A stretch of DNA of 64,000 nt. It comes from a bacterium (GTDB lineage Bacteria; Patescibacteriota; Minisyncoccia; Phycocordibacterales; JAUSHB01). Below the pieces are notes generated by a model. The model saw nothing but the letters and a program-made list of their open reading frames with translations. It had not been told where the DNA came from and ran no database searches. The DNA lies in the NCBI GenBank assembly GCA_030648955.1, contig JAUSHB010000006.1, forward strand, positions 11,866 through 75,865. Direction: 5' to 3'. The position numbers and the translations under genes were made by a program. Below, piece after piece: positions 20,524 to 30,576 of this stretch (within the stretch, counting starts at the first letter, position 1; every line of letters begins with the position of its first letter).

Positions 20524-20551
20524 ATACAATCTCTTACTTTATTAAAATACC

Positions 20552-21181
20552 ATGAAAGAGCGATATAAAATTAAATTAAAGGAGATCATAAAAGGAATCA
20601 CGTGGAAAAAAGTCTTCTACCCGACGCTTGTTAGTATTTTTGCACTTATTATTATTGTATTGTTCATATTTTCCGTACGCTTTATCTCTAAAAGTATCAA
20701 TCGAGTATTTATAAATGAGGAAAGTATTGAGGGTCAATTGCCACGTCTTGAACTTGATAGTTATTTACCTGTCGCAAAAAAATTAGGCATCCCGGTAAAC
20801 ACATTTGAACCATCACAGGAGCTCGGTGATGAATTTGTGGCAGAATCACAAATTCATACGCCCTCGAACTCATCCGCTACCAGTTCGCAGTATACTATCG
20901 ACAACATACAATCGCTTAAAATTGCCATATACAATAGCACTGATGTTCCTGGTCTAGCTCAAAATCTTAAGAATATTCTCAAAGAAAAAGGTTTTGAGGT
21001 GACCGAGACTGGCAATACGGAAAAGACGGGCGACCATACGCTGATTAAAATAAAAGAAAGTAAAAAGGACTCATTGGCGGAAGTAAAAACGATTGTTGGC
21101 GAACACTACAATATCGGTGAATCCCCTTTTCTTTCTGAAGATAGCGAATTTGACGTAATTATCATAATAGGAGATAAATAG
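20552..21181 (+). CDS. Membrane-anchored LytR C-terminal domain protein
   Basis: IAIYNSTDVPGLA...GFEV.ETGN...FDVIIIIGD. Confidence 0.8.
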   Translation: MKERYKIKLKEIIKGITWKKVFYPTLVSIFALIIIVLFIFSVRFISKSINRVFINEESIEGQLPRLELDSYLPVAKKLGIPVNTFEPSQELGDEFVAESQIHTPSNSSATSSQYTIDNIQSLKIAIYNSTDVPGLAQNLKNILKEKGFEVTETGNTEKTGDHTLIKIKESKKDSLAEVKTIVGEHYNIGESPFLSEDSEFDVIIIIGDK

Positions 21182-21249
21182 ATTTGTGGGATACTCCATC
21201 GTGAGCATATCAAAAAAATCACATACTACTGCTATAAAAAAGATTGGGT

Positions 21250-21873
21250 ATGAATAATAAGATTGAAAAATATTTTGGGTCAAAAACAATATTTTTCAAT
21301 AGAGGATTTACTCTCATTGAGCTCCTGGTTGTCATTGCGATTATCGGCATTTTGGCGTCGGTAGTTCTTGCGTCGCTTAATACCGCGAGAGACAAAGCAA
21401 AGACATCAAAAGTTAAGGCTGATCTTAGGTCATTGCGCACCGCTATCGCCCTTCTTGAAGATGACACGGGAAAATGGCCAAATGGATGCCCACCGGCAAC
21501 AGTAGCTAACCCAGAGGTTGCGCTTGATAATGCGCTAGCGGGAATTAAAGTAACGTCAACAGTTGGTTGCACTGAAGATAGCAATAACAGCAATAACCCC
21601 ACATGTGACGCCCCTATTGTGTGCCAGTGGACAGCACAAGATATCACGAATTGGAAAGGACCGTACATGCAAACACCTGTTGACCCATGGGGAAATTCTT
21701 ATATTTTTGATCCTGACTATCACCAATATGCCGATTGTGGGACTGAACCAGCCTCAAATAAATATCCTACCATTCCAGAATTTGTTACCGTTTTTTCTTC
21801 TGGACCAGATGAATTGGGGAATGGGACAACGGGAACATACGGCTGTGATGACATATTCCTCAAAATACAATAA
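21250..21873 (+). CDS. Type IV pilin / GspG-like major pseudopilin
   Basis: RG|FTLIELLVVIAIIGILASVVLASLN; WKGPYM..PVDPWGNSY and SSGPD typical of GspG; Cys-rich. Confidence 0.88.
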   Translation: MNNKIEKYFGSKTIFFNRGFTLIELLVVIAIIGILASVVLASLNTARDKAKTSKVKADLRSLRTAIALLEDDTGKWPNGCPPATVANPEVALDNALAGIKVTSTVGCTEDSNNSNNPTCDAPIVCQWTAQDITNWKGPYMQTPVDPWGNSYIFDPDYHQYADCGTEPASNKYPTIPEFVTVFSSGPDELGNGTTGTYGCDDIFLKIQ

Positions 21874-21877
21874 AAAG

Positions 21878-21910
21878 ACCACAATCCAAAGCCTCGCTTT
21901 GGATTGTGGT
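21878..21910. terminator. Bidirectional terminator between convergent pilin and metal permease genes
   Basis: ACCACAATCCAAAGC-CTC-GCTTTGGATTGTGGT. Confidence 0.75.
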
Positions 21911-21965
21911 GTATTTGTGTATTGAGGGATAAAACCCACAAATCTAGCTATAGGTTCTCTGCTAC

Positions 21966-22769
21966 TTAAGATTGCGTTCGATTAAGCGCCAAACTCAAGA
22001 TGAAAATGAGAAGCGCAACAACGACGATTGCTCCCCCGCTTGCGATATTCCAATAAAACGACAAGAAGAGTCCCGAAATAACAGATATCACCGAAAATAT
22101 CACCGAGAGAACCATGGTGTCGCGGAAACCTCTGCTAAACTGCATCGCTGATATTACCGGAATTACCATAAGCGCACCAATCAGGAGTACACCAACAACC
22201 CTGATCGAAAGCGAGACAGTCACCCCGGCAAGTGCGGTTAAAATAAGCGCGAGTGTTTTTGTGCGCACGCCACTTGCACGCGCAAGGTCGATATCAAAAG
22301 AGAGAAAGAAAAATTCTTTATAGAGAAATTTTACAACCAGTATCAATAATACCGCGAGACCGAGTGTGAGGTACAAATCTAGAGGAGAAACAACGGAAAT
22401 GCTGCCAAAAAGATAACTGAAAAGGTTCATGTTAAACCCCTTCGCAAGGCTCAACAGAATAACAGCGATTGCGAGACTTCCGGAAAGAAATAATGCGAGA
22501 ACTGATTCACCAAGTATTTTTTTTGTTGTTCGAAGACGCTCAATACCAATCGAAGCGATGATAGAAGCTATAATGGCGGTAATAACAGGATTAAGCCCCA
22601 GAAGAAGCCCTATGGCGACACCTGCGAGCGAGACATGCGCCAATGTATCTGCCAAGAGCGAGTACCGCCTGACCACGAGAAACATGCCAATAACCGGAGC
22701 GACAACGGCAATGGCAAGCCCCGCCGCGAATGCTCGTATCATAAAATCAAATTGAAAAATTTCTAACAT
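21966..22769 (-). CDS. znuB: Zn/Mn ABC transporter permease
   Basis: RRYSLLADTLAHVSLAG, YLFGSI, VVGVLLIGALMVIP (ABC-3 family). Confidence 0.88.
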   Translation of the reverse strand: MLEIFQFDFMIRAFAAGLAIAVVAPVIGMFLVVRRYSLLADTLAHVSLAGVAIGLLLGLNPVITAIIASIIASIGIERLRTTKKILGESVLALFLSGSLAIAVILLSLAKGFNMNLFSYLFGSISVVSPLDLYLTLGLAVLLILVVKFLYKEFFFLSFDIDLARASGVRTKTLALILTALAGVTVSLSIRVVGVLLIGALMVIPVISAMQFSRGFRDTMVLSVIFSVISVISGLFLSFYWNIASGGAIVVVALLIFILSLALNRTQS

Positions 22770-22792
22770 GGAATTTCTTATGAACCAATTGT

Positions 22793-23551
22793 CTAATGAC
22801 TATGAATTACAAGGTTGATTTTATCTCCATAAAGCTTTTTAATAACTTCTTCGTCATGAAGTTGAGACGAGGGTCCCTCACACACCAAATTCTTATTCAG
22901 ACAAATGACAGAACGCGCTTCAGTGGAAACAACATCAACGTCGTGTGATACAAAAATAATAGTTAGATGATGTTCACGATTGAGTCTACCCAAGAATTCA
23001 TAGAATCTCTTCTGCGATCCCACATCAACTCCTGTCGTAGGTTCATCGAGTACCAAAATCTTTGGGTCGCCCGCAAGCGCGCGTGCTATAAAAACCTTTT
23101 GCATTTCCCCGCCTGAAAGCTGACCAATGAGGCGATCTTTTAAACCCAATACGCCACTCATATCCATCGCATGTCCTACCGCATCACGATCTTTTTCGGT
23201 GAGTCGTTTAAAAAGTCCACGTTTTGCAATACGCCCTGTCTCAACAATTTCTTCCACGGTTGCGGGAAAGCGATGTTCAGATTCTCCAACACGCTGGGGT
23301 ACATATCCGATAATTGAACGGTCTTTGAGATTATGTATGTCCTGTCCCATAATGCGCACCACGCCACGCGCAGGCTCAATGAGTCCCAATAGTATCTTGA
23401 GAAGTGTTGTCTTTCCCCCGCCATTGGGTCCAATGATCCCGATATAATCTCCTTTGCGCACCGTAAAACTCACCGCCTCAAGAACCGGTATTTTATTATA
23501 AGAAAAATCTACATCTTCAAGTTGTATATAAGGAATTTCGTTTACATGCAT
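22793..23551 (-). CDS. znuC: Zn/Mn ABC transporter ATPase
   Basis: GPNGGGKTT, IGYVPQ, LSGGE, LDEPT, SHD. Confidence 0.88.
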   Translation of the reverse strand: MHVNEIPYIQLEDVDFSYNKIPVLEAVSFTVRKGDYIGIIGPNGGGKTTLLKILLGLIEPARGVVRIMGQDIHNLKDRSIIGYVPQRVGESEHRFPATVEEIVETGRIAKRGLFKRLTEKDRDAVGHAMDMSGVLGLKDRLIGQLSGGEMQKVFIARALAGDPKILVLDEPTTGVDVGSQKRFYEFLGRLNREHHLTIIFVSHDVDVVSTEARSVICLNKNLVCEGPSSQLHDEEVIKKLYGDKINLVIHSH

Positions 23552-24465
23552 ACAAGTGCTTTTCTTAAATTATTCAAATTTGTTTTCATAACTGATATAT
23601 AATCTTCGCCAACCTTTAGTTCCTCTTCTGTAAGAGTTTCTATCGGATTCAACACGAGTGTTTTAATTCCTACTTCCCGCGCAATCGTTTCTGCAAGCTT
23701 TGGACTTGCGGATGTTTCGAAGAAAATAAAACGAATATCTTTTTCTTTTGCTAATTGAGTTAGTTCGCCAATTTTTTTTGTAGAAGGTTCGTCTTCCGGA
23801 GAAATTCCGGCGATAGGGATGGTGTTTATAGTATACCGAATGCCGAGATATTCAAAGGCATTATGGGAAACAATAATATCATGATTAGCGCAGGTACCGA
23901 GACCCTCCTCAAAATCATGGTGCAATAAAGCAATTCTATTGATATATGCTTCCGCGTTTTTTTTAAACAGAGTCTGTTGTGATGGAACCAACGTTATTAA
24001 AGCATCGCGGATAATTCTTACCTCTTCGATAGCCAAAACGGGGTCAAGCCAATAGTGGGGATTGGAAAAATTTTGTGGATCTGATGTTTCTCCTGGGTGA
24101 TTGAGAACGAGGTTCAATTGTTCGCTCATATTAAGAGCGTGCGCGTTACTTGAATTGATTAATTGATTCGCCCACGGATCAAATCCGGCGCCGTTGTATA
24201 TAAAAAGCGTTGCATGTCCAACGGCAACGAGGTCGTTTGGTGTCGGTTCGTAATCATGAGGTTCGATACCTGGTGGCGTGATAACACGCACTGAAACAAT
24301 ATCTCCACCGATATTCTCAATAAAATTTCCCAGCACATAAAAACTGGTGACCACGGAAATTTTTTCTCCTGAACCTGAAGACGTGTCGCTCTTGGGTGCA
24401 TAAAAACTCGCCACAATGGTAATTGAAGTAATCATGACGGTGATTATAATAACGCGTTTTAGCAT
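23542..24465 (-). CDS. znuA: Zn/Mn ABC transporter substrate-binding protein
   Basis: EPHDYEPTP, NPHYWLDP, HNAFEY metal-ligand motifs. Confidence 0.88.
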   Translation of the reverse strand: MLKRVIIITVMITSITIVASFYAPKSDTSSGSGEKISVVTSFYVLGNFIENIGGDIVSVRVITPPGIEPHDYEPTPNDLVAVGHATLFIYNGAGFDPWANQLINSSNAHALNMSEQLNLVLNHPGETSDPQNFSNPHYWLDPVLAIEEVRIIRDALITLVPSQQTLFKKNAEAYINRIALLHHDFEEGLGTCANHDIIVSHNAFEYLGIRYTINTIPIAGISPEDEPSTKKIGELTQLAKEKDIRFIFFETSASPKLAETIAREVGIKTLVLNPIETLTEEELKVGEDYISVMKTNLNNLRKALVCM

Positions 24466-24474
24466 ATATTGATT

Positions 24475-25056
24475 TTACGGGAGAAGAGAAGAAGAAAGAT
24501 TGCGTAATAATTTTTCCTTACCTTCTCCATTTTTTGCGGAATAAAAAAACACTTCCTCTCCCCCTGCTTGTTCACGAACCACTCGTTCTTGTTTTATACG
24601 CACACCACTTTTCACGCCATCAATCTTATTTGCTAATACAAGAATCGGATGACCACACTCTTTGAGGATGGTGAACATTTCTTGGTCGAGCTGTGTAAAG
24701 CCAACTCGTGCGTCGATAATCAACACGATTTTTTGTGGAGTCACACCTGAATACGTAAGATACCAAATAATAAGTTTGCGTAATTTTTCACGTCGCTTGG
24801 CGGGAATTTTTGCGAATCCATAACCCGGAAGATCGACGAAGTAAAACTTCTTATTCACGAGGAAAAAATTTATTTCTTGAGTTTTTCCAGGTTCCGCACT
24901 TGATCTCACTAAATTTTTCCTTCCTGTCAAGGAATTAATAACGCTTGATTTTCCAACGTTTGATCGCCCTACAAACACAATCTGTTTATGAAGATCTTCC
25001 AGAATAGGATCTGTTCCAACAATTCCCTTGATAAATTCTGCGGTTTTAATAGTCAT
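24475..25056 (-). CDS. engB: Ribosome biogenesis GTPase EngB/YihA/YsxC
   Basis: GRSNVGKSS, PGKTQEINFF, VDLPGYG, NKID. Confidence 0.95.
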   Translation of the reverse strand: MTIKTAEFIKGIVGTDPILEDLHKQIVFVGRSNVGKSSVINSLTGRKNLVRSSAEPGKTQEINFFLVNKKFYFVDLPGYGFAKIPAKRREKLRKLIIWYLTYSGVTPQKIVLIIDARVGFTQLDQEMFTILKECGHPILVLANKIDGVKSGVRIKQERVVREQAGGEEVFFYSAKNGEGKEKLLRNLSSSLLP

Positions 25057-25217
25057 GGTCAATAACATAAGATTACCCCAAGAGAACCTAAACTGCAATG
25101 ACGCCGGTAAATTTATTTGCAGAGATTTTCCACTGTGCTATCATGACAAGTACGCGACAGTAGACATTAAAAGCATGCCGTAATAAATTAAATACGGCTA
25201 ACCTAAAGCATAAAAAC

Positions 25218-25940
25218 ATGGAGCAGGAAAATAAGCAAGAAATCAAAAGCACTATGACCGTCCCTGTGGCAATCATTATCGCGGGAGCGATCATCGCAGG
25301 AGCGATTTTTTATACAAGCGGAAAATCCGGAACCATTCCCAAGCCGGTAGCAGAAGATGGTAAAAAAGAAGAGGTGGTTAAAATTCCCCCCGTTACTGCC
25401 AAAGACCACATACTCGGTAATCCCGATGCTCCAGTTGTACTCGTTGAATACTCAGACACGGAATGCCCGTACTGCAAGACATTTCACCCCACGGTAAAAC
25501 AGATTATGGATCAGTATGGCAAAGACGGAAAAGTTGCATTAGTATATCGTCACTTCCCGCTTGATTCTATACACCCTAAGGCGCGAAAAGAAGCCGAGGG
25601 CGCAGAATGCGCAAACAACCTTGGTGGAAATGATAAATTCTGGGCATATATGGACAGAATTTTTGAAATTACGCCATCAAATAACCAACTTGATCCGGCA
25701 AAAATCCTAGAGATTGCAAAGTATATCGGATTAGATGGCGCAAAATTTGAGACATGTCTCAATTCGGGTAAATATGCTGCGCATATTGAGGAAGATTTTC
25801 AGGGAGGGCTTAAGGCGGGTGTAACGGGAACTCCTTCTACGTTCGCAATCATCAAGAAAACAGGTGAACAAGTGGTTATCCCGGGAGCACAACCACTTGC
25901 TTCGGTGAAGTCTTTTATCGATAGCGCACTAGCAAAATAG
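25218..25940 (+). CDS. DsbA-family thiol:disulfide oxidoreductase
   Basis: N-terminal TM; EYSDTECPYC; GVTGTP cis-Pro motif. Confidence 0.9.
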   Translation: MEQENKQEIKSTMTVPVAIIIAGAIIAGAIFYTSGKSGTIPKPVAEDGKKEEVVKIPPVTAKDHILGNPDAPVVLVEYSDTECPYCKTFHPTVKQIMDQYGKDGKVALVYRHFPLDSIHPKARKEAEGAECANNLGGNDKFWAYMDRIFEITPSNNQLDPAKILEIAKYIGLDGAKFETCLNSGKYAAHIEEDFQGGLKAGVTGTPSTFAIIKKTGEQVVIPGAQPLASVKSFIDSALAK

Positions 25941-25965
25941 TATTATACTCTGTTCTTTTATTCTT

Positions 25966-26000
25966 TTATAAAAACTCCCCGCCTAGGGGAGTTTTTATAA
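25966..26000. terminator. Bidirectional terminator
   Basis: TTATAAAAACTCCCC-GCCTA-GGGGAGTTTTTATAA between convergent genes. Confidence 0.75.
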
Positions 26001-26306
26001 TCCGAGCAACGTACGCAATTCCTCCGCAGGCTCCCACGGAGGTTCGAAAGTAAAATCCACTTTAACATTCTCCACATCTTTTTCTTTCATAAGTTCACCA
26101 ACATTTTTTTTAACATCACGAAAAATATCATCTGCGAATGGGCAAAACGGCGTGGTTAAGGTCATTAATATCTTAATCTCCTTATCATCAATCATAATCT
26201 TATACACCAATCCAAGAGTCCAAATATCGATTCCCAATTCAGGATCTTTGACCTGTTTTAATTTCTCGATTATTGCTTTTTCGGTAATTGTATTAGGTGT
26301 ATGCAT
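25995..26306 (-). CDS. SufT/DUF59 metal-sulfur cluster assembly factor
   Basis: DPELGIDIWTLGLVY...TLTTPFCP...FEPPW. Confidence 0.9.
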   Translation of the reverse strand: MHTPNTITEKAIIEKLKQVKDPELGIDIWTLGLVYKIMIDDKEIKILMTLTTPFCPFADDIFRDVKKNVGELMKEKDVENVKVDFTFEPPWEPAEELRTLLGL

Positions 26307-26386
26307 ATTTTTCTAAAAGATTCGAACTCTTAACTTATAACTTTTAAGTATTGCCCTCCTAAGGCTACTAACTACAAGCTATTGCA

Positions 26387-27121
26387 TTACATATTAAATC
26401 CTTTTTCTTCAATTTCCTCCATGAGCTCATACCCTCCTGTCTTTTTTATTCTCCCCTCTTTCATTATATACACCGCATCAGGCTTAATATAATCCAAGAT
26501 TTTAGTAGCATGCGTTACTAAAAGAAAACCAGTACCCTTTTTTGTAAGTCTCACGATTGCAGAAAATACTTTTTTTAAAGAATCCACATCGACTCCGGAA
26601 TCTATTTCGTCCAAAAAAGCAAACTCTGGTTCAAGTAAAGCCATCTGTAAAACTTCCGAAAGTTTTTTCTCTCCTCCGGAAAAACCTACATGTAATTCAC
26701 GCTTAAGGAGCGCATCAGGAATTTCGAGAAGAGATGCGGTCGCCATAATCGTCTTGTAGAATTCGAGTACCGAAATATTTTTCCCCGTAATCTCTTGGTG
26801 CGACGTATGAATAAATTTTAAAAGAGTTACTCCAGATACTTCCGGAAGATATTGCATAGAAAAAAACATCTTCAGTTTTGCCTTTTTTTCAGTAGTAATC
26901 TTCGTTATATTTCTGCCGTTAAGAGTGATTGTCCCTTCCGTAATCTTATATTTTGGATGTCCAAAAATACCCTTAAGGAGACTGGATTTACCTGACCCAT
27001 TAGGACCCATAAGCATGGAAATCTTTCCCGGTTTCATTTCTAAAGAGACATTGCTTACAACAACTTTTTCTTGAGTTTCCACGGACAAATTCCTTACGTT
27101 CAATATTTTCTGTTCAACCAT
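26387..27121 (-). CDS. sufC: Fe-S assembly ATPase SufC
   Basis: MGPNGSGKS, GHPKY, GFSGGEKK, LDEIDSGVDVD. Confidence 0.93.
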   Translation of the reverse strand: MVEQKILNVRNLSVETQEKVVVSNVSLEMKPGKISMLMGPNGSGKSSLLKGIFGHPKYKITEGTITLNGRNITKITTEKKAKLKMFFSMQYLPEVSGVTLLKFIHTSHQEITGKNISVLEFYKTIMATASLLEIPDALLKRELHVGFSGGEKKLSEVLQMALLEPEFAFLDEIDSGVDVDSLKKVFSAIVRLTKKGTGFLLVTHATKILDYIKPDAVYIMKEGRIKKTGGYELMEEIEEKGFNM

Positions 27122-27174
27122 AATTCGTAATCCAATTTCCAAGGACAATTTTAAATGGCACCACTTGGAAATTA

Positions 27175-27558
27175 TTACTGATTGCTATCAAGTTTTTTTA
27201 GTCCATTACTTAATGCCTCATATGAAAGAAGCGCGCAATTAACACGGGCGGGGCTTATGCGAACCGCAAGCATGCTGTAGATATCGCCAGGAGATAATAG
27301 CTTCACATCACGGAGTTCCATTCCACGGAGTTTATCGGTAAGCATGGAGCCTGCGGCCTGACTCACAACACACCCTTCACCAAGGAATGATACTTCAATG
27401 AGTCTATGTTCTCCACTCAAATTGATATAAATCGCGACATCATCTCCACATATTGGGTTTGAAGCACTACCTTGTATATTTGCATAAGGAAGCTCCCTTT
27501 TATTGTGTGGGTTACGATAATGTTCCAAAATATGCTCTTTGTATAGTTCTTCGTCCAT
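27175..27558 (-). CDS. sufU: SufU/IscU-type scaffold or sulfur-transfer protein
   Basis: ILEHYRNPHN, NPICGD, GCVVSQA, RVNCALL. Confidence 0.88.
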   Translation of the reverse strand: MDEELYKEHILEHYRNPHNKRELPYANIQGSASNPICGDDVAIYINLSGEHRLIEVSFLGEGCVVSQAAGSMLTDKLRGMELRDVKLLSPGDIYSMLAVRISPARVNCALLSYEALSNGLKKLDSNQ

Positions 27559-27578
27559 TGTTGTTCAGAAGTAATTTG

Positions 27579-28805
27579 TTAGTCAATTGTGGTTTTAAGA
27601 AACATCGTATGCGCACGATCAATGCTTATTACCAACCTATCAATATCATTTTTACTATTATACATATAAAAACTTGCGCGAGCAGTAGCACGTACCCCCA
27701 AGGTTTCTATAAGTGGCTGCGCGCAATGATGTCCTGCGCGAATCGCTACATCGTCTCGTCCGGCAATTTCTGCTATGTCGTGAGAATGAATACCTTCTAT
27801 TATAAAAGAAACGATGCCGACATTTTTCTTTGTATTTTTTTGAGTAAAAATTTTGACCCCGTTGATTTTCTCTAGTTTCTTGATTGCATCTTCCGTAAGT
27901 TCTTGCACATGTTTGTGAATATTTTGGATACCAATCTCTTCGAGATATTCAACTGCCGCACCAAGACCAATCGCTCCGGCAATGTTCTGTGTCCCCGCTT
28001 CAAAACGGGCAGGTGCTCTCTTCCATGTTGCATCGGTAAGTGTTACTTTTTCTACGATACCACCGCCAAAAATACTTGGTTCCACTTTATAAAGTAGTTC
28101 TTTCTTGCCATACAATACGCCAATTCCTGTCGGTCCAAGCATCTTGTGTCCGGAAAAATACAGGAAATCTGCATCAAATTCCTTTACATCAACGGAAATA
28201 TGCCCGACTGCTTCCGTGCCATCAACCACCATAAGCGCCCCCACCTCATGTGCGAGATTCGCAATAGTTTTTATGTCATTAATCGTTCCCAAAACATTAC
28301 TCGCAAGTATGACCGAAACAATTTTTGTCTTTGGGGTAATAAGTTTTTCTGCTTCACGATAGTCTAGATGAAAATCGCTTGTCATGGAAATATGCTTTAG
28401 AACGAGCTTGCGCCGTTTTGCAAGTTTTTGGAGTGGAATAAGTGTTGAATGATGCTCCATTACTGTGGTCACGATTTCATCACCCTCCCTAAGTTCAAGG
28501 GACTCCTCAATACTTCGAATAAGCATATTTGACGAATCTGTTGCTCCACTCGTAAAAACTATCTCCCCCTCGTCTGCACCAATAAACCGCGCGATTTTTC
28601 TTCGAGCACCTTCGTAGCTTTCTGTCGCTTGTTCCCCCATTCTGTATAACCCGCGATGAATATTTGAACGAAACCCCGTATAATATTCTTCCATCGCTTT
28701 CAACACTCCCTCGGGTGTTTGTGAGGTTGCGGCACTGTCCAAGTAAACAAGGTTGGAAACTTTTTTAAAAATGGGAAAATTATTTTTTATGTCTTTGGAT
28801 ATCAT
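27579..28805 (-). CDS. sufS: Cysteine desulfurase SufS
   Basis: YLDSAATSQ, SGHKMLGPTG (PLP Lys), RAGHHCAQP (catalytic Cys, group II). Confidence 0.95.
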   Translation of the reverse strand: MISKDIKNNFPIFKKVSNLVYLDSAATSQTPEGVLKAMEEYYTGFRSNIHRGLYRMGEQATESYEGARRKIARFIGADEGEIVFTSGATDSSNMLIRSIEESLELREGDEIVTTVMEHHSTLIPLQKLAKRRKLVLKHISMTSDFHLDYREAEKLITPKTKIVSVILASNVLGTINDIKTIANLAHEVGALMVVDGTEAVGHISVDVKEFDADFLYFSGHKMLGPTGIGVLYGKKELLYKVEPSIFGGGIVEKVTLTDATWKRAPARFEAGTQNIAGAIGLGAAVEYLEEIGIQNIHKHVQELTEDAIKKLEKINGVKIFTQKNTKKNVGIVSFIIEGIHSHDIAEIAGRDDVAIRAGHHCAQPLIETLGVRATARASFYMYNSKNDIDRLVISIDRAHTMFLKTTID

Positions 28806-28808
28806 GAT

Positions 28809-30179
28809 TTAGTATTTCCCCTCCCCCATTTCAAGCGAGATAAGCTTGTTAAGTTCAAGTGCATATTCAAGTGGAAGTTCTTTGATGATCGGATTTGCGA
28901 AACCGGTCACCGCAAGGCGCACCGCCGCCTGCTCCGAAAATCCGCGAGTTTTCAAATAAAAAATTTCGTCTTCCCCAATGCGCCCAATACGTGCTTCATG
29001 ACTGATTTCAACCTGATCGTTTGCATTTTGCACCGATGGAAATGTATTCGCCTGCGACTTTTCATCGAGAAGAAGTGACTCGCACACGAGCGACGAGCGA
29101 GTGTTTGTTGCATTGGGAGCTACCTTAATGAGTCCGCGATAATTGGCAATTCCACCGTCTTTTGAAATTGATTTTGAATAAATGGTCGATGAAGTATTGG
29201 GAGCAAGGTGAAGTGTCTTTCCCCCTGTGTCTTGTATCTGACCCTTTCCCGCAATCACAAGACCGATGTTGGCTGCTTTTGCCCCTTCCCCTTTTAAAAC
29301 CGACGAGGGATAGAGCATAGTGACGCCCGAGCCCATATTGCCGTTGACCCATTTTATCTCCCCGTCTTTCTCCACGATTGCACGTTTTGTGTTGAGGTTG
29401 TACGTATTAAGCGACCAGTTCTCGATGCTGATATATTTCATTTTTGCTCCAGGAAGCACAAAAAGTTCAACACAGCCTGCATGAAGTGATGAGTAATTAT
29501 ATTTTGGTGCGGAACATCCTTCGATATATTCGATTTCTGAACCCTCATCAGCAATAATAAGCGTGTGTTCGAATTGTCCGCTACGCGCGCGATTCATTCT
29601 AAAGTATGCCTGAAGCGGCATTCCGACTTTCACCCCCTTGGGTACATAAATAAATGTCCCCCCACTCCAGACAGCAGCATGAAGCATCGTGAATGTATGC
29701 TCTTCAATCGGAACACAATCGGTCATAAAATATTTTTTCACGAGCTCGGGATATTTTTGTACCGCAACATCCATATTTTCAAAAACAACTCCCTTATCTG
29801 CGAGAGATTTTTTAAGCCGATGATACACAACACCAGAATCATATTGTGCGCCAACACCGCCCAAATATTCCCGCTCCGCTTTTGGAATCCCTAATTTTTC
29901 AAATGTATCTGTGATTTCTTTGGGAAGTTTTTTCCATTGGTCTGTTTCCGGAGCATCGGGATCGACGTAATAGATCATATTTTTCAGATCAAGACCCGAG
30001 AGGTCTGGGCCGAATCTTGGAAGTTTTGCGGTTTGATAAAGCCCATAAGCTTTGAGCCGCTTCTCAAGCATCCACTTCGGTTCTTTTTTTACCGCAGAAA
30101 TATGGCGCACTAAAGCTTCCGAGAGTCCTGTATGGGTTTTCAGTTTTTGTTTTTTTGTCACTGTTTTTGTGGTTTTCAT
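28809..30179 (-). CDS. sufB: Fe-S assembly protein SufB
   Basis: GQFEHTLII, YIEGCSAP, SLHAGCVE, HEARIGRIG, LPLEYALE; ATG 30179 preferred over 30293. Confidence 0.93.
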   Translation of the reverse strand: MKTTKTVTKKQKLKTHTGLSEALVRHISAVKKEPKWMLEKRLKAYGLYQTAKLPRFGPDLSGLDLKNMIYYVDPDAPETDQWKKLPKEITDTFEKLGIPKAEREYLGGVGAQYDSGVVYHRLKKSLADKGVVFENMDVAVQKYPELVKKYFMTDCVPIEEHTFTMLHAAVWSGGTFIYVPKGVKVGMPLQAYFRMNRARSGQFEHTLIIADEGSEIEYIEGCSAPKYNYSSLHAGCVELFVLPGAKMKYISIENWSLNTYNLNTKRAIVEKDGEIKWVNGNMGSGVTMLYPSSVLKGEGAKAANIGLVIAGKGQIQDTGGKTLHLAPNTSSTIYSKSISKDGGIANYRGLIKVAPNATNTRSSLVCESLLLDEKSQANTFPSVQNANDQVEISHEARIGRIGEDEIFYLKTRGFSEQAAVRLAVTGFANPIIKELPLEYALELNKLISLEMGEGKY

Positions 30180-30287
30180 TGATATTGACCCTGCTATATT
30201 CTGCAGAAGGATGATCGCTATAGTATTTGATTTATTGTACCAAATGTGTAAGCATACAAACAGTTCTTTAATCCTATGAGGTGATTT

Positions 30288-30476
30288 ATGCACACAAGAA
30301 TCTGGGAGGTTGTTCTTTTCGTATTACTTGGATTGGGTTGTATTTTCAGTATCATAGTCGCACTTCCTGTCAACCCGACATCCGTGAGACTGGTCGTTCT
30401 ATGTGCGGTTACTGGAATCTTGGGTGCACGTGCCCTTTTCATTGCAGGATATGATTACGCAAATCTAAAAAAGTAG
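30288..30476 (+). CDS. Small two-TM hypothetical protein
   Basis: GAGG before ATG, two hydrophobic helices, terminator downstream. Confidence 0.55.
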   Translation: MHTRIWEVVLFVLLGLGCIFSIIVALPVNPTSVRLVVLCAVTGILGARALFIAGYDYANLKK

Positions 30477-30512
30477 GACTAAAAAATTGGTCTGTTTTGT
30501 TAATTGGTTTTT

Positions 30513-30539
30513 AAAACGGCGCACACAGTGCGCCGTTTT
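30513..30539. terminator. Bidirectional terminator downstream of rpoD
   Basis: AAAACGGCGCAC-ACA-GTGCGCCGTTTT. Confidence 0.8.
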
Positions 30540-30576
30540 TTTATGTTACGTGTTACAAGTTATACGCTACGCGACT

